A stretch of DNA of 64,000 bases from Macrostomum lignano (taxonomy: Eukaryota), in the NCBI GenBank assembly GCA_002269645.1, contig NIVC01000327.1, positions 310,001 to 374,000 of the forward strand, in the 5' to 3' direction. Positions 60,430-64,000 of this stretch are shown in pieces. Each line of letters starts with the position of its first letter. Positions within the stretch are counted from its first letter, which is position 1. Both the position numbers and the translations under genes were made by a program. A model generated the notes under the pieces. It did no database searches and was not told where the DNA came from. It worked only from the letters and a program-made list of their open reading frames with translations.

Positions 60430-63203
60430 ATGTTTCTTTTGTTGCTGATTATTTTCATTTTGTATGTTTTAAAATCTGTTATTTCCCATATATTGAGCAG
60501 TGTGTGTGTCATTTCCCATATATTGAGCAGTGTGTGTGCCATTTCCCATATATTGAGCAGTGTGTGTGTCATTTCCCATATATTGAGCAGTGTGTGTGTC
60601 ATTTCCCATATATTGAGCAGTGTGTGTGTCATTTCTCATACATTGAGCAGTGTGTGTGTCATTTCCCATATATTGAGCAGTGTGTGTGTCATTTCTCATA
60701 CATTGAGCAGTGTGTGTGTCATTTCCCATATATTGAGCAGTGTGTGTGTCATTTCCCATATATTGAGCAGTGTGTGTATCATTTCCCATATATTGAGCAG
60801 TGTGTGTGTCATTTCCCATATATTGAGCAGTGTGTGTGTCATTTCCCATATATTGAGCAGTGTGTGTATCATTTCCCATATATTGAGCAGTGTGTGTGTC
60901 ATTTCCCATATATTGAGCAGTGTGTGTGTCATTTCCCATATATTGAGCAGTGTGTGTCATTTCCCTTATATTGAGCAGTGTGTGTGTCATTTCCCATATA
61001 TTGAGCAGTGTGTGTGTGTCATTTCCCATATATTGAGCAGTGTGTGTCATTTCCCTTATATTGAGCAGTGTGTGTGTCATTTCCCATATATTGAGCAGTG
61101 TGTGTATCATTTCCCATATATTGAGCAGTGTGTGTATCATTTCCCATATATTGAGCAGTGTGTGTGTCATTTCCCATATATTGAGCAGTGTGTGTGTCAT
61201 TTCCCATATATTGAGCAGTGTGTGTGTCATTTCCCATATATTGAGCAGTGTGTGTGTCATTTCCCATATATTGAGCAGTGTGTGTATCATTTCCCATATA
61301 TTGAGCAGTGTGTGTGTCATTTCCCATATATTGAGCAGTGTGTGTGTGTCATTTCCCATATATTGAGCAGTGTGTGTGTCATTTCCCATATATTGAGCAG
61401 TGTGTGTGTCATTTCCCATATATTGAGCAGTGTGTGTGTCATTTCCCATATATTGAGCAGTGTGTGTGTCATTTCCCATATATTGAGCAGTGTGTGTATC
61501 ATTTCCCATATATTGAGCAGTGTGTGTGTCATTTCCCATATATTGAGCAGTGTGTGTGTCATTTCCCATATATTGAGCAGTGTGTGTGTCATTTCCCATA
61601 TATTGAGCAGTGTGTGTGTCATTTCCCATATATTGAGCAGTGTGTGTGTCATTTCCCATATATTGAGCAGTGTGTGTGTCATTTCTCATACATTGAGCAG
61701 TGTGTGTGTCATTTCCCATACATTGAGCAGTGTGTGTGTCATTTCCCATATATTGAGCAGTGTGTGTGTGTCATTTCCCATACATTGAGCAGTGTGTGTG
61801 TCATTTCCCATACATTGAGCAGTGTGTGTGTCATTTCCCATATATTGAGCAGTGTGTGTGTCATTTCCCATATATTTCCCATATATTGAGCAGTGTGTGT
61901 GTCATTTCCCATATATTGAGCAGTGTGTGTGTCATTTCCCATATATTGAGCAGTGTGTGTGTCATTTCCCATATATTGAGCAGTGTGTGTGTCATTTCCC
62001 ATATATTGAGCAGTGTGTGTGTCATTTCCCATATATTGAGCAGTGTGTGTGTCATTTCCCATATATTGAGCAGTGTGTGTGTCATTTCCCATATATTGAG
62101 CAGTGTGTGTGTCATTTCCCATATATTGAGCAGTGTGTGTGTCATTTCCCATATATTGAGCAGTGTGTGTGTCATTTCCCATATATTGAGCAGTGTGTGT
62201 GTCATTTCCCATATATTGAGCAGTGTGTGTGTCATTTCCCATATATTGAGCAGTGTGTGTGTCATTTCCCATACATTGAGCAGTGTGTGTGTCATTTCCC
62301 ATATATTGAGCAGTGTGTGTGTCATTTCCCATATATTTCCCATATATTGAGCAGTGTGTGTGTCATTTCCCATATATTGAGCAGTGTGTGTGTCATTTCC
62401 CATATATTGAGCAGTGTGTGTGTCATTTCCCATATATTGAGCAGTGTGTGTGTTATTTCCCATATATTGAGCAGTGTGTGTGTGTGTCATTTCCCATATA
62501 TTGAGCAGTGTGTGTGTCATTTCCCATATATTGAGCAGTGTGTGTGTCATTTCCCATATATTGAGCAGTGTGTGTGTCATTTCCCATATATTGAGCAGTG
62601 TGTGTGTCATTTCCCATATATTGAGCAGTGTGTGTCATTTCCCATATATTGAGCAGTGTGTGTGTCATTTCCCATATATTGAGCAGTGTGTGTGTCATTT
62701 CCCATATATTGAGCAGTGTGTGTGTTATTTCCCATATATTGAGCAGTGTGTGTGTCATTTCCCATATATTGAGCAGTGTGTGTGTCATTTCCCATATATT
62801 GAGCAGTGTGTGTGTTATTTCCCATATATTGAGCAGTGTGTGTGTTATTTCCCATATATTGAGCAGTGTGTGTGTTATTTCCCATATATTGAGCAGTGTG
62901 TGTGTCATTTAGCTTATATTTAGCAGTGCATAACTCCTATTTACATTATCAAATAGATGTATTTTTAACGCAATTGCAGCAACACTAAGAATGTCCTATC
63001 AGCTATCAACATCCCCTTTAAGTCAGCTGTTCGCTGACGCCAGCACTAAAGACAAATTTGGTAAACAGATTCGCGAGGTCATAATGCAATATTGCTATCG
63101 GACTGGACTGCTACCTGACGGAGCTGATGACAAAACAATTGATGCCTCAGTGGCCAGTTTGAATGAACTTGATGAAGCCGCTAGCAGCTGGTCAAGCTTG
63201 CAG
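60430..63203 (+). CDS. 5' part of an unknown secreted or membrane protein: join(60430-60461,62957-63203,...)
   Basis: gtatgt / aaatag phase-2 intron joins MFLLLLIIFIL to CIFNAIAATLRMSYQL..., forming a signal peptide; next donor at 63204; no further exon recognised in the window. Confidence 0.6.
60477..62910 (+). repeat. 28-32-bp (mostly 30-bp) minisatellite, ~2.4 kb, filling intron 1 of the secreted-protein gene
   Basis: Unit gtcatttcccatatattgagcagtgtgtgt; length varies with the number of GT dinucleotides. Confidence 0.97.
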
Positions 63204-63496
63204 GTGCGCTAAGCTGATGTCTGCTGACTGACGCGCCACCACGACCCCCTTGACTTAGTAGTTTCTTAGAAAAGGCAGTCTTGGCATCCCTTGTTTCTCT
63301 GGTACTCTGGTTTATCCTATAATTTTTTGTTTCTTAGAAAGGCGATGTTCACTCTGCTTTTTCTTTAAAAAAGCTTTAGTTAACGTATATAGGTTTTTTA
63401 CAGAGTTTAATTTATCCAGCACCTGAAGTTTCTTAGAAAGACCAGTTAAGCCAGAATTTTTATTTTCTTAGAAAGGCCTTTTTTCGCTAGCTTAAA

Positions 63497-63828
63497 CAGT
63501 TTCTCAGAAAAGAAAGGCCAGTATAGCCAACATTTGAAGCTTCTTAAAAACAAAAGGCCAGTAAAGCCAGCATTTGCAGTTTCGTAGAAACAAAAGGCCA
63601 GTAAAGCCAGCATTTGCAGTTTCTTAGAAACAAAAGGCCAGTATAGCTAACATTTGCAGTTTCTTAGAAACAAAAGGCCAGTATAGCTAACATTTGCAGT
63701 TTCTTAGAAAAAAAGGCCAGTATAGCTAACATTTGCAGTTTCGTAGAAACAAAAGCCAGTAAAGCCAGCATTTGCAGTTTCTTAGAAAAAAAAGGCCAGT
63801 AAAGCCAGCATTTGCAGTTTCTTAGAAA
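63497..63828 (+). repeat. 40-bp minisatellite in intron 2 of the secreted-protein gene
   Basis: caaaaggcca recurs at 63551, 63591, 63631. Confidence 0.9.
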
Positions 63829-64000
63829 GTTTTTTTAGAAAGTTAAGTTTACCTCAAACATGATCAGCCACTACCCCCATCCGATAACCCAGGTGTGCAG
63901 TCTGGCGGAGGTGGCTCAACCCCAGAAGCCTCTATTAGGCTGCATCATATTTTATCCAACCTACTCAACTTGGGTTGGCGGCCGGCTCAGACTGGGGCTA

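Noticed and set aside
60372-62923. Long repetitive ORFs (ISHILSSVCV, MGNDTHTAQY, CHFPYIEQCV)
   Set aside because: All are translations of the intronic 30-bp minisatellite, open in several frames on both strands

Overview
AT-rich invertebrate (metazoan) genomic DNA with spliced genes; no prokaryotic features. Hand-assembled gene models: a 5-exon tetraspanin (+), an Angel/CCR4-family EEP phosphatase whose N-terminus is probably supplied by two micro-exons encoding a mitochondrial-type presequence (-), a 2-exon Rab33 (-), a 4-exon ZNF511-like gene (+), a 2-exon UBXN11 (+), the start of an unknown secreted protein (+), and two intronless orphan ORFs. Mobile DNA is dense: a frameshifted, truncated NOF-type (MULE) transposase gene lying between two inverted arrays of one 197-bp repeat (Foldback/FB-NOF-like layout), a nearly intact Chapaev3-type transposon, a deleted mariner, a small Foldback-like element with a 10-bp TSD, several MITE families with 8-bp TSDs that nest in each other, two tRNA-derived SINE copies, and LINE and THAP relics. 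Many introns are almost entirely filled by a minisatellite. Most long ORFs in the supplied track are artefacts of these repeats. All calls come from reading the sequence by eye; no database search was run.
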